A DNA stretch of 64,000 nucleotides from Phallusia mammillata (lineage: Eukaryota). Made by a program: the position numbers and the translations under genes. The stretch covers positions 4,340,001 to 4,404,000 of the forward strand of contig OZ281500.1 of NCBI GenBank assembly GCA_965637545.1, read 5' to 3'. Positions 19,025-33,233 of the stretch are shown in pieces. Each line of letters starts with the position of its first letter. Position 1 is the stretch's first letter. The notes below the pieces were generated by a model. It did no database searches. It had not been told where the DNA came from and worked only from the letters and a program-made list of their open reading frames with translations.

Positions 19025-22000
19025 AAAAATCCATTTTAGAAATCCATACAACCAGCAATGCGGTACAACATACAACCTCATTACATCAGAAAAAAATCCG
19101 ATCATATGAAAACGAGCAACAATGATTGAAAGTTTTTTCTGCGTCACATCTCACCAAACAAAAGAGAACCCTAACTTTCCAATAAACAGCCAGTGTATGA
19201 CGCAAACACATCGGTATTACGGCCAGGAGGAAACTGAAAAAAGGTTTAAATGGGAATTTCGTGTTCCCAACTCATTTCAATGGATTTGCGGTGCTGAGCG
19301 CGAACTCTATTGTCATGTCAAGTACTTGTACCGGTTTGACGTCATTTGGTTTACGTAAAGACTCGCCGGACAAAAACAGACCGCCTGGCCGAATCCATCT
19401 GTCCATACAAACAAGGCCGGGTTTTCATGATAAAGTTATACAATTTCTCGCATTGGCCCATAGTGCTGTTGCAACGCTCCTTTGTACCAAATATAAGTAA
19501 AATAAAACTTGGTTTCAAATTGCTGTTTGTAAATTATGCCACACATATGCTTAATGACTTTCTGCCCCCTAAGTGTTGTTTTGCTGTTCACCTGCCATAG
19601 ACCTATTTCTGCGGTGCCGTATTTAGACATACATTACCGAGAACTTTAAAAACCTGAGTTAAAAATAGAATAGCAATTACAAAATTAGAAATGCAGCACA
19701 GTGTAAGCTAGACAGCGACTTTTTCACAAACAAGGCTAATAAAAGTTTCATTGAAAACTATCCAAACAAATAAACAAACCAAAATTCACTCACCTGTTAA
19801 AAAGCAAACGTCAGTCGATATTTAATCTTTAGTTAGTTTTATAACATAAAAACATTGGCCTCTAAGCTTCGCTTTCGACCAACAAGTCAAATACAGCAAA
19901 ACACAGTCACTTGTACAATGACGCGCAAAAAGTGGATTATTCCACCATAGAGGGGGGTAAGTTACGATTTTTCGACCACGACGGGTGAGAAAATAATTGG
20001 GCAAGGGTTTAGGTTCGAAATTTCGAATGTTTCTCCCCTAATAAACATGGAGAGAGCGTAGAGTTTCATGGAGAGCGTATTCAACACATTGGTTTAAATT
20101 CTTTATGGGTTTCACATGGCAACGATTGAAGGAACCAACTTACCTTTAAACAAAAAGTATTTCTCGTTGTCGGCGACTTTAAAGGAAGACCTGTTGACCG
20201 TCTGGCGACATCTTGCGGTGGGCAATTCCACTTGTGTTTAAAACTGTATGTGTCAACACTTATTCACAGCTAACACAAACTTTAATAAACCTGTATACAC
20301 AAAAAATAAACATTATTATAAACGAAAATTAATTTTCGAAACATAATTACAAATTGAAAAACAGCTCATTAAAATCAATTTAAACATCTGTTTTATTTGC
20401 CAATGGTGAAAAAATGAGATGAAACAACCATAAAAATGTACAAAAAACAGCTATCATTACATACTGATGTTTTTTGATGCTACCATTCTCAAATACAGTT
20501 TCATAGTTTGTAAAGAAATAAACAACTCAAATATAATCACAAAACACAAGTAAACAAGGGATCAAAAGTAAATAACACCTCCCTAAACAGGCTAAAAATA
20601 ACACATCTGACTTATTTTTAAACTTGTGATTCTAATCTCATTGTGGCTGCAAAAACACACACATTTGATTGCAAAATCCCGGTTAAAATTATATTAATGA
20701 TAATCACATTGTGTGTGATTATCATATTTTAAATTAAAAATATAAGCAACAATAGATATGGTAGTCAAAAATCAGTTCCAAAAAAAGTTAACTGATAAAG
20801 CTTAAGCATTCATAGTCAAGTTCTAACTGATTCATTTGACTTCCACACAGTCAAACAGCAAACATATCAGGAACGCCTTATCCAAACTGTAACATTTTAT
20901 CACCTATATAATAGTGTTCCAAGCAAGCAAACAAACTGAAAGCTATTCATAATGTTGACTCAGCCAATATAATTTTCATGACATTACAAAGGGTTTTTTA
21001 CTAAAGGCTAATGCTTTTATTGCTGAAACTTTTGGGACTCAAAGTTTAATATGACGTCTGTAATAAAATATGTGTCATAGCAACAACAAATACTCTGACA
21101 GTATTGTTGAATTTGGCTGGTATTATTTAAATAAAATAAAGTTATACTAACTAACATTCCAAAATATGAACACATTAAAGTTTAAAATAAAACTTGCTGA
21201 AATGAATTGCACTTCACAATTAAAGGCTCATAACGAATAATGAACAAATACATTTTATACATGCGAAAACTAAGCAAAAAAAACATTCAAATAAGGGATT
21301 CTTGATTTTTTTTAACAAAAAAATCACATAGCAAATCACCATTACCTAATACAAAATCATTAAGAAGCCAATATGATAACCAATAAATGTGATTAATAAA
21401 CATGATTAAGTCAATGACATAAAAAAGCTCCAAAAAGGTCATTGAGATGCACTGACCTGGCAAAGTAAACACAAAAGTAAATCAAAGCACAGTAATTCCT
21501 AACAGCACACCATCAAATCTCATATTATGACAATGGCCACACGCCAGTCTACAGAGAAATATGAGGCTTTGTCATTTTGTGTCAGGGGTATTTGTGACGC
21601 CTTGGGACGGCTGCAACTCGATATCAGACCGCTTAGTGGCACTGTTTACTTTTATTGTTCAGACCGCTTAACATGGAACCAGTGTAATTAGAAACTGCAG
21701 GTTTTAAATTCATTCTGACATTATCAGGCAATGTTGCCTCACATACACTGATTTCTATACAGACACATACAGATACAAGAGGGAATTCATTGGTACCAAC
21801 TTATTGTGAAAATAGATGATGGTTGTGGTACACTAGTGGTATTAAACATTTTGTTGACTACACCACAAAACTTTATGTTATTAAAGGTCATACACCTGTC
21901 ACAATATTATCCAAATACAATATTTAAAAGTGTCTTGAATTAGTTTAAATGACAAAAACTTATTTTGTATCATACTTACACTTACTGTAAATAAATTTGC

Positions 22001-23539
22001 ATTTTTTGTGTTTTACAATAGATCCCCAAATATACCCAATTGTTGTTCTACAAACTATAAATGATAACTTACTTTAAAGTTGTCAATTGCTTTATTACAA
22101 AAAGCAAATTATTATCAATAGAAGCACCATCGAAATATGCCTGAGAGGCCAAACATTTAAAGGTTGTTTTTCTTTATCTGTCAATATATATTATCTACGA
22201 CAACTATAGCTGAAAATAAACAAATATAATGATAATGACCTAATAGGAGTCCATCACCAATGCAAGGCTAGATTTATAGCCTAAGATTTGCTGCATGAGA
22301 ATGGTTGGATACCAATTTTGATTTCATGCTACAAATCATACATAATTTTTGACCAGTTTTTTTTGCAGTGTCAATATGCTATATTGATGTAAAACCGTCT
22401 ATGCAATACCGCAACTTGCTACGTAAAACCACATTTTGAGATGCTACGCAAAACCATATTTTAAAGAAAGTCTTTGGCTACAATACACATAAACAACACA
22501 AGTTTTTTAAAAACCTTAACCCAGTATTACTAAAAACATCCCCAAATATATTTTTGAAAAACAACACAATAACGTCATTTTGAAAGAACAATACTAGTAA
22601 TCCACAATGTTTTCAAATATATAACGCAGCATATAAACCACAGTGTTTTCAAAGAGAGAAATAGTTTGAGTTAACGCACTGCAAAACAAAACGACAACAT
22701 AAACAATCGCACTGGCAAACTTTTCTGCAAAGCACAACAGCTACAAATAACCAAATGCGGATCGAATTTTGACATGTTGCTATGGAAGATATGTTATGGC
22801 TCTGTGACCAAATATTTGTGTTTTTTGTTGCATATATTTTATCTAACTATTTACTGTGCAACTGTTTAATAAAATTCTGTTTTTGCAGTTACGTTCAACT
22901 AGTTCTTTTTGACTGTAACTTTTTCTGTATATGAATTAAAAGATTTCGATGTTAAATATGATGTTTGTGAATATGATTGGACACGCATGATCGAACTCGC
23001 ATATGTTATGAGAAAAAACTGAAAAAGTCGAGTTGTTTGTAAAATGCAGTAGGTCAGCAATCATCATCAGCAATTAAATAGATCAGCGACAACAGTTTAT
23101 TCGTGGTTTGACTTCGTGTAACTGTAACATTGTTTTAATTTCTTCTGCTCTTAATGGGGCCAATAAACGACCTAACCACTGATTTTCTGTTTCCTTTTGT
23201 TTGTATAATTATTTTTATTTTTAAAAGTTGCTAAATTTGGTTTTAAGTTTAAATTACCGTTCACGTTTTACTGCATTTATTTCGGGTGAAACCATTAAGG
23301 ATGGGTGAAATTAAAAATAACAAGCAAATTTTCCATCTGAAACAAAGACCCAACCGTTCTGATGGGCACCTGTCAGCAAAATTACAAGCTCTTGAAAAAG
23401 TAGTATTTTTTTCAGCATCACACCATTGAAATAAGAAATTTGTTTAATACTAAACAAGTGTTATGTTGCTTTTGTAGGCAACTGTTAAATAGGCAATATT
23501 AGTTGATTTTGTTTGTTTTTTGTAAGTACACTCAAAACC

Positions 23540-26500
23540 ATGGACGAAGATGAAAACCCAATCTTACCAAGTAATAATGATAACTATGGCAAAGAGCTGA
23601 AATCTAATGAATCTTTTGAAAAGTTGCCCCCTGGTGGTAAGTATTTTTCACAGTATTTTTTGTTTAAGCCTTTATAATAATAATAATGCTATCTGTTTAC
23701 CAAAGCCCTTAATTGTGTGTTTTTCAAAATAGTTTTGTTTTTTAATGTGAAATCAAAACTTAAAAGCCCTCTAAAGCAAGTTTGTTCCGTTGCAAATGTT
23801 GTATGCACAGAATTTATTGAAATTGTTACTCCACCACTCCAGTCTGCAGAACATGGCAGATCCCGATGAGATCTCAGCCATGCATGACCAACATGTCTTG
23901 CACCCACATGTGCATGACCTGTGAGTTCACATGTAAGACCAATTTCAGCAGACGCAAAGCTAGTGATAGAAGTCAAGACATGACAATTAAATGACTTTGC
24001 TTCAAAATTTCTGTGTGCAACCCCAAAAAGATTGGGGGGAAAATATATTTTTTTTAAATTGCAGGCCACTGTCTCTTTGACAATATTTTTTTAAGAAGCC
24101 TATTTCTGCCCTTTGGTGTTTTGTAGAAATAAGCTAGTGTTTATCTTACAAAACACCAAGTTGACAATACTGCCTAGGCTTAACCACACCACAGGTCATC
24201 ATTTTTTTATTTTTTTATGATTTTTTCCAATTGTCTTTACAAGTTTACTATTTTTGCAGTTGGAAAATGGTTTTCAACCAGGTTCTGTATAGCATACTTG
24301 GGATTTTTTGGTTTCATGAATGTCTATGCCCTTCGAGTAAACCTCAGTGTTGCCATATTGTCTATGGTGAATGCTAGCTATCAAGTGGTAAATCATACTG
24401 CCAAGGATGCCTGCCCTGCAAGCTCCCATCATAGAAATATGACGGTAATAAGTTTTCTATACATTTCTGTATTTTTGCGGTATTTCAGTCATACGAAACA
24501 AACCTAAGATTTTTATCCTTAATTCAAGTAAATTGTAAACCGTATTTTGTGGGTGATACTTTTAAATTAATGATATCATGAGGAATTTTGGAGACAAAAA
24601 TGTTTTCCAATGTCGATTTCTAAGCACTGTTTTTGTTGTTAGTATTAGGCAAATATTTGCTTTTAAACTAAACAACAAAAATATTAACCAAAATTATATG
24701 CCTATTTTGATGGTATTGAACCTGATGGACAAAATATCTTTATCGATGTGTAATATCTGTTAAAATGTATTTAGGGCGGTGAGTTTAACTGGGATGCTCA
24801 TGACAAAGGTTTGGTTCTTGGAGCATTCTTTTATGGATATATCACCACTCAACTACCTGGTGGTTATTTAGCTGGAAAGTAAGTCATTACAATGTGCAAA
24901 GATAACATTAATTTACTCACACTGGTGATTCTGGGTGATTACATATTTAATTATTCAATCTTTTTTGTGCAATGAGCCATTCATGCACAAGTATGTTTTT
25001 GGTCAATTAATGATATACTTGTATATACACAGCCCCATGGCATAAATAAGAACAGGAGACTAACTTGTATGCAAGAAAAATGATTTTTTTCCGCTACATA
25101 ATATCATCCCATAATATCATTCTTTTGTTCCAAAATCCAGGATTAATGTTTAAATGGCGTTATAGGACTGTATCATACTTTAATATCATATAAATAAAGT
25201 GCTTAAGTTTCAGTAGCACTCTATACCAAAAATAAAAACTTTTTATCTAATTTTGTTTGCAGGTTTGGTGGTAAGTGGTTATTTGGTTGTGGTGTGATGT
25301 GCACAGCTGTTCTTACTCTTCTGACACCAATTGCTGCTCGGTATAGCTTTCACCTATTGATTGCTGTCCGGATTATTGAAGGCATTGGTGAGGTAAGACT
25401 CTATAGGGTTGTTAAATGTGCTTTGTGATAAAAAGCTGTAAAAAAGTGCCATTCCGAATTAGATCGAAAAATGGCCTTAAATCTTTAAACTGCCCTGTGG
25501 GCATTGATGTTTAGATTTTTTTTCCAGATAAATTTTGTAGTTGGTAGGACCAAAAATTTGTTGAAAGATAGTTCTGGCATAAAGAAGTTTTTGTAGGCAA
25601 GCTTTTGTGTTCTGTTTTTTTTTCTTCACAGCAGTTTTCATCCTCTACATATATATATTTGTCCTAAATGGCCACATACTCATTGTACAATTTTAAAATC
25701 ACTTTACACCCAGGTCATGTAGCATCGATTATAGTGTTTGACAACATTATTGTTTGTCCAGCATTCCTAAGGAACTACTTGTTTGTTTATAAACAGGGTG
25801 TTACATTTCCTGCAATGCATTCCATGTGGGGACAATGGGCACCTCCCCTTGAAAGAAGCATGCTTGTATCACTGACATATGCTGGCTGTCACCTTGGCAC
25901 TGTAATAGCCCAACCTGTATCTGGTGTATTATGTGCATCCTCTTTCCTGGGTGGCTGGCCATCTGTGTTTTACATATTTGGTAAGTTTGGTAATTACATA
26001 CTTAAACATCAAATTAAATTTGCCATGTACATACCTTATATATGGGATTTTGTTGTTGTTTGCATTTACTTTTAGTGTGCTTTTAAAGTAGGGTGAATTT
26101 TTTCGTAGGTTTATCATAAAAAGTAGTATGCATCCAAAGGCAAACATAACAACTGTATGTAAGAAAAAGTCAAAAACTATCTTGCAAAACCTAAGTATAT
26201 GTAGCGTTATCAAAGCGTTTGTCAATAGAATGGTTGAAACAAGACAAAAACATATTAAGTTTATGTATATGGGGCCTTTATGCTTGGGAGTTAATTGGTC
26301 CAAGATAGTTATACCCTAAGTAAACATATATATTGTTGTGATGAACAATTCATTCCCTGTTCTTACTTTTGAAGAATTATTGCACTTACTTTATGTCTGA
26401 AATGTTTTTACTTGCGGCCCTACAGGATGTTGTCAATTTTTTTCTCAGCATTGTTTGGAAGTCATGTGTTTGTGTCTCTATTTTCGATTGCTTTGTACAA

Positions 26501-29500
26501 GTTTGAAGGCATATGTCTGCTGACTGTTTAATATTACCAGGAGAATATCCTGCTGAGCTTTTTCTCCCTGCAAAGATACTAGATTAAAACTAATATACTA
26601 TACTACTAAAGATACTCATCTTCACATGTCAGCTTCTTTACACATCTGCTTAAATTTTATTGCTTTTTTCAGTTTGCTTAACTGGATATCAGAAACCGTT
26701 GTGGTTACCCACTTTTTAAACACAATTAGTGATTAAAAAAAGGAAGTGTGTGCATTCGGGTGAAAACCATGGAAACTTTGTCGGTTCAAAGTTGATGTTA
26801 TTGTTGACATTTATTGGAATTAAAGTTATTTTTGAAATTTTTTGAAAAATCTGAAATGGATTTTGATAAATTGAAACTAAAAAAATTAAATACTTTTTAA
26901 TAATATGTCTTGCTAAAAAACTATTCAACCCTCGCAAACAAGTTCTAAGGTCTTGACCAACCAGATTGTATTGTCCCAGTCTGTCTGTTTTTTTTTTACT
27001 TGAAATCTTTCAAAGGGACTTTTAGTCCATGGGTACACCTTATTGAGTCCAAGGGTACACTTTATTAATTGCATGGCTAAATTTCATTGGCAACATGTTT
27101 TGGTTGTCAAACAGTGTTACACCATTTATGATGTCAAAATAATGATTTTTTTCTTCAGGTACATTGGCACTTGTGTGGTGCATTGTTTGGTTTCTGCTGG
27201 CAGCGAATACACCAGCCGAACACCCTCGGATTTCTAAAAAGGAATTGGAATACATACAGAACAGCATCGAACCGGTTAGTAATATTTTAAAGCCTAACTT
27301 CCCAAGCTGCCAGCTCTAAAAGTGTATTGTTACAGGTAGTGCCTTTAGTGTGGTGTATAATTCTACTACAATGCAAGTTTTGCCTACAGGGAGGGGGGTC
27401 ATCCAGCGCAGTGCCAAAAACGGTTTTGAAGCCGGTTGCATTGGGGATTATATTATGTTGCAACGGTTTTCTGTATTGTCGCAGGTGTTTGATTGCAGTA
27501 TGATTTCTAGTAATTAAACTCAACGCAAGTTGAAAACTTAAGGCCCTTTTTACGTTTGCATCAAATTAAGCTTTAAATATCTGGCCGGTCAGTCCTTTAG
27601 TCCAATGGATTGCTAATTTCGTATAGTTAAAAAGGTACTAGAAGTTGATTTGGTTATTTAGCGTTTTATAAGATTTAAAAATCAGTCTCACTGTTTTTGT
27701 CCACAAGCTACAAAACCATCCCGTTTTTTCAACTAGTTTTGAAAATGAGCGAAGCTCGTACTGCGAAGCTCATGTTGCAAAGTTTAAACCAGGGGTCGGC
27801 AACCTTTTGACCACAGTCTACCAATTTACTTGTTATGTCGAAATCTTAACTTCGTGTGCCAACATTATTGTGCGAAATCGAGGTTAATACCCACGGGCTG
27901 ATTTTAACATAGTAATCCTAAAGCAGACCGACTTTCATGTGTAGGCTGCGTTTTTAGTGTCCATGACTGCCATTTGACTTACTAAGTTGGTCATATGGTT
28001 AATTCCTAAGACTAAAAACACGATTCCCAGCTGGCATGCGATCCAAAAATGATCATGTGATGGTCACTCGTTGAAACAGTACCAAAAAGTGTTAACCAAA
28101 GTGACGATGGTATTTCCAAGCATCACAGGCAACTTTCCCTAATTCTCATTTACTATTTATTAGTCTTTTAATTTGTGGTTAAACGGTTGAAGCTATTATC
28201 CATTCGTCATTTTTAAATGCTGGGGAAATACCATGGCCCCGTAGTATAGAATAGAACGTTTTTGGCTTAGCATTTGAACTATTGGTTTGGTGGTCTGAAG
28301 AACTAAACGTGACAAGCGAAATGTACACTGCAATTAAAACTATGTTTCTATTTGAATAAAAACCTGAAGATGCCAATTAGGAGAAATATGAAAATTCCAC
28401 GATATTCATCAACTGGTTTGGTATTTACATTCTTAGCAATTGAAACAAAACGCCATCATTTGTATCTAAGTTTAGACGATGGTAGTTAGCATGTTCGGGT
28501 AACGACGTGTTCAGAATAACAAACACTTTAAATGACATGTCATGTAATTTATTGTTGTGATAATTTGCACACTGTCTTATCACGCGGGTTTAGTTGAACT
28601 GTTTTGTTTGACATAAATTCATCGTTCTGCATTTTAGCGTGTATGCAATTGCATGATACGGAATTTGCACGAAATAATTATTGCCGTTTAAAATACAAAG
28701 CTTGAAGTGTTAAACTGTAGTGCAGTTAACATGTGTATTTTTTGTAGCTAAAAGTTACATTTGAGGTTTCTAAGGCATTTCTTTGAATTAGAATATATGT
28801 ATGCCGTTTTTGTCAGTTGCTGTAGCTTGATTCGATAAAGCCTAAACACAGATGAAAAGAAACAAAAACTTATCATTGGTTTTAAAAAATGTCCAATTCA
28901 CGTTTTACTTTCTTATGCAATGCGAACGAATGTATATTGAAATAGCCTTTACTGCAATTCTGTCATTTGGAGCATTGAATTAAGATCTTAAGTTTGGAAA
29001 CTAAAACATTGCAACGGACTCGAAAAACAAGTACCACCACATCTGAGCATTAGGTTGTATTGACCCTATGGCATAATACAGCAGTTGTTGATCATTGTGA
29101 AGTATTTATTTACCCTTACTGTGGTGCAAGCATTGCGTTGTGTTGCGGATCATATGACTCGCTAAGGTTAACCATTGACCTTTTCTCTGCAGCGCTGCAA
29201 CGATTTGCCGGTTCCGTGGTTAGAGATAGCGACCAGCAAGGAAGTGTGGGCCATTTCCATTGCACATTTCTGCAATAACTGGGGATTCTACACCCTTCTA
29301 ACTTGTCTGCCACTGTACCTAAAGGAGGTGCTGCAGTTTGATATAACACAGGTAACTGTTCGAGTCCACCTTGGGGGTTTTGTTAAACCTTTTGTTCATC
29401 TTAAGTTTTGCTTTTGTTGCGTTTGGCTATTTAGGCTGTAAAAACAAACAAATTGGTTTGCACTGAAGCGAAAAAAAAAACGTTAGCACTTGTACCATTT

Positions 29501-32500
29501 TGTTTTATCATACCGTTCACTTGCTGTGTATATATGAGATACACATCATTAAGTGCACGGACTGGTGTCTAAGATATGTCTGATTGAAAATGGTTGTCTG
29601 ATTGAAAATGTTTTATTTTAATGGACTCATCTTTGTGTCTTTTGCATTTACCCCCTCGGAAGCCTTTTTGTAACTGTAGCTTTCCCCCATATGTGTAGTG
29701 TCTAGGATTAGTGAACGATTATACGCTTGGCACACGTTTTGTTTGGGTCGTTTAATGTAACCAGCAAAAAATCCGCAGTCATTTATCACAGGAACCCTGA
29801 ATGCCGCAAATGTAACTGACATAATCACGTACTTAGATTTTTCCACACATATGCAATTATTTTGTAAACCCAATGTCCGGACGATATGGTTATTGTTAAC
29901 TACCAGAAAGTACGCTTTTTAGGCCCAAATATATTTATTGTAGGCGCTTAACCTCAGTTATATCACTACATATCACAGTTTCAACAACTTTAGGACTGGA
30001 TACGCTCGTTTGGTCAAGAAAGAGTGCTTCAAATTTATTCAAATTTGCACAAATGTTAGTTATTAATCCGAATTCGATCCTCCTGAAGTTTAACCCTGGA
30101 AGACCCAGCGGTTCACCCACAGCCCCCCAAAATGTATTTTTTTTTATAAAAAAAACGACTGTACTGACTAAAGTGTATAATCTAGAAATTATATGCTTTG
30201 TTACTGTCTAACGCTGGTTTGTAACGCTCGTTTGGTCAAAAAAGAGTGCTTTAACTTTTTTTAAATTTACACAGACGTTAGTTATTGATCCAAATTTGAT
30301 CCTGAAGTTTGACCCTGAATGACCCAGCGGTTCACTCACAGACCCCCAAAACGTATTTTTTAAACGGCTGTACTGACTAAAGAACACAATCTAGGAGTTA
30401 TATGCTTTGTTGGTTGGTGCAATGTAAAGTATCCTAAGGATTTCAGGCAGACAAAAGTTCCAAGGGAGTAATTCACTGGTTTAAGATTAAGGCGTTTTAG
30501 TTCAGAGCAGGAGGGCTAACCTTGACGCCCGGACAGACGTTTTACAAGACAGTTTTTCGGTGATTAGAAATCAGCTGTTTTTGCGCAACAATGCTAAGTC
30601 GTTTTATGAATTTATCACGCGCACTTTCAGCGAAATTTTCACCTTAGACGTGATTTAAACTCGATAAACAGGTTCCGGTTTCGTATATGTCAAGCAAAAC
30701 GTTGTAGGTATTACAAACACAGTTAAGAACGATTCTTCGTCATAACGCAGCTTCTTTACTTTTGACAAATCAATTCCAAGGTTCAATAGATTAGACAAAA
30801 CGGTATTGTTGAACACTTAGGACTGTGTGCTATTAAAGACGCTACCAAAAGGTCTTTCGGCGTCTGCACAGTGAGAGGTTTCTACAGGTCAATGGTACTC
30901 GTTTTGCGGTGAAAAATAATTTGTTATGTGTACCTTTGTAGCAAATTGATTTTTAGTTTGTAGTGTCTGTTTAGGCTTTCTAGAAAAAATTGTGTTTAAA
31001 ACCTGACCTTGGAATCTGAAAATAACCGCAACATTTGTTTACTCTAAATCCGCACAAACACGCGTCTGGGGACCCATTCGTTTTTGTTTACAAAAACAAT
31101 CATATATGTAGATCAAATGATGTGTATAGTAAATTGGTAAATAGGATATAGAACATACAAAATGAAAGTATATTAGAAAGCCACCTTTCTAGTTTTAACA
31201 TTATTTTGAAACCGTCCTCGTATTGTTTAAATTTTTTTAATTCTCATTGTGTTTTTGTTTTTAACAGGATGGCTTTATATCTGCACTTCCTTATTTGGTC
31301 ATGTGGGTTTCTATTAATCTGAGCGGACTTCTTGCGGACACTTTACGTGAAAAAGGAGTTTTCACAACCACGCAGACTCGAAAAATATGTAACTCCATTG
31401 GTAAGTTGTTGGTTTACGATTCGAATCCCACCAAGGTTATACTGATGGGCTAAGTGTTCTAAAGTTTAGTTTAGAATCTAAACAATAGCACGATTTGGAG
31501 AAAAAGCAAAACCCCAAGGGTTATATTTTGTAGAACGCCTATCATCCTGCGGTACTTGCTCGGCCAGGCACCATTTAGGTTATTTTAAAGTAACAATAGA
31601 TCTGCAACCGTGTTTTGTTCATTGAAACTAAATTCTCAATTTTGACGTTAAAAAACGACCGTTTTATGGTTCTTAGGACTATGTTTGAATAGTTACGTCT
31701 GTTAAATATACGCTAATATACCCTTTTCCGCTGTTTTTTTGGGTGCAACTTCTAATTTTGAAGTAAGTGCATGCAAATTGTTATGAAATCAAAGTAGCAT
31801 TCATGGTGAATTTTTTGCATAGGCAATCAGAAAATTTTGATTATATTTGAAAAACTAGCGTCGCTTTAAAACAGTTCTGTAATATACAGCAAACGATTTA
31901 ACTTTTTTCTTTTTTCAACAGCTTTCATAGGCCCAGCTATATTTCTTGTGGTAGCGGGTTATGTTGGATGCGATCAGATAGCAGCTGTCAGTTGTATCTG
32001 TCTTGCCACAGCTTTCAACGGGTTTTCGTTTCCCGGTTTTAACACCAACCATATTGACATCGCTTCAAGGTGGGCCCTATTATTTCTGTGTGTATTTTGC
32101 TTGTTTAAAACCATGGGAATTTAACTTTTTATGAATTGAGGTATAGATAAAAACCTTTTAAACAGTTTGGCTTAAAGTTTGGAACATTTAAAAACAAATG
32201 ACGTCATTAGTGGTAACTTAGTATTGTCTCTCTGATATGATTTTAAGTGTATATATTTTATCGTTTTCGGATCTGTCTTCAATACCAAAAAATGGCTAAT
32301 TTGCATTTTGTGAAGGTTAGCTTACAAAAACATTGGATTTTGATCGCAATACGAACTTGGTCACTTTAGTTTCGAATTTAATGTAGGTGTATTAGTTTAT
32401 TGTTTAACCTATTGACGTTCTTTTTTTTTTTATATGACCCGATACAAATTGTTACGTTTTGCACAGTAAGGTTACTTTAAGTGCTGCGCGGCTAACGGCT

Positions 32501-33233
32501 ATTTTTATACTTATGCAGATACTCGGGCATACTAATGGGAATCACTAACAGCTGGGCAACAATTCCTGGATTTGTGACTCCAATTGTTGTCGGCGCCCTT
32601 ACTGAAACTAACGTAAGTGTTAGAAGCTCTCATTCAATGTGATTGGAAATACTGTACTATATTTGCAAATCATAGTTGGACATAAATCATTTATAACAAC
32701 ATAATTCAACATACTGGCAATAGTTTTTTATTAAAAAAATTCCTTTGGTTGAAGCTTAGTTTTTGCTTATGTTGGTAATCTATGTACAAAAAATGCCCCC
32801 TCAGCACTAAATTGTTTGATAAGTTTTTACTTCTTCAATGTGAAAACGTGTAAGTTGTTTTGATATATTTACCATTTTACGCATTAAAAGTTCGTTTTCG
32901 CGGGCTTAAAAGATGCGTTCATAAAGCATTCTTAAAGAAAAACCGACCGAAAATGTATCCGGCGCCTTAAAAATTCACCTCGGTTTTCCTTTAACCTCAC
33001 CGGCGTCTTGTTACCGTTGCTAGCCGAGCCGTACGCAGTGGCTGTATGTCTTCTACATCGCTGCCGGTGTGTATGTAGTCGGCACAGTGCTATACGTGAT
33101 TCTGGGCAGTGGCGTGGAACAGGAATGGAATAAAGTGACTTACAACAAGCAAGATGACGAGAGAAAACCCCTACTGGGCGACGAAAGCGACAGTGGATAT
33201 ATCCAAGAAAATGGAAATGGAAAGTTGCATTAA
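23540..33233 (+). CDS. SLC17A5: Sialin-like MFS anion transporter (SLC17 family), 11 exons, 519 aa
   Basis: Exons 23540-23636, 24260-24444, 24775-24878, 25263-25392, 25797-25980, 27159-27274, 29193-29351, 31268-31400, 31922-32069, 32519-32612, 33024-33233 (1560 nt, phases consistent). Motifs [48 protein letters not shown] and [14 protein letters not shown] are sialin-type (E in RxxEG rather than the Q of VGLUTs). Orthology within SLC17 was not tested phylogenetically. Confidence 0.92.
27790..28060 (+). mobile_element. Truncated hAT-type MITE (left terminus only)
   Basis: CAGGGGTCGGCAACC terminus at 27790, of the same type as the TIRs at 42893 and 53016. No matching right TIR found; right boundary approximate. 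Confidence 0.4.
30002..30411 (+). repeat. Two tandem copies of a ~222-bp unit in sialin intron 7
   Basis: ACGCTCGTTTGGTCAA at 30002 and 30224; GACCCAGCGGTTCAC, CTGTACTGACTAAAG and TATATGCTTTGTT each occur twice. Confidence 0.8.

Noticed and set aside
19380-19480. Minus-strand peptide EKLYNFIMKTRPCLY resembling a MADF domain start
   Set aside because: Short, closed by a stop, and without the downstream conserved tryptophans or any transposase remnant.
20205-20218. CTCF-like motif (minus strand CCGCAAGATGTCGC)
   Set aside because: Single degenerate match with a mismatch at a core G; not supportable from sequence alone.
28290-28400. Two CTGAAGA...GAAA words resembling hammerhead cores
   Set aside because: Stem II closing pairs fail, there is no UH site and no stem I complement.
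31410-31435. tRNA-like T-arm/B-box (GATTCGAATCCC; GGTGGTTCGAATCCCACC at 46954-46971)
   Set aside because: No acceptor, D or anticodon stems; at most a SINE relic shared by both duplicates, not a tRNA gene.
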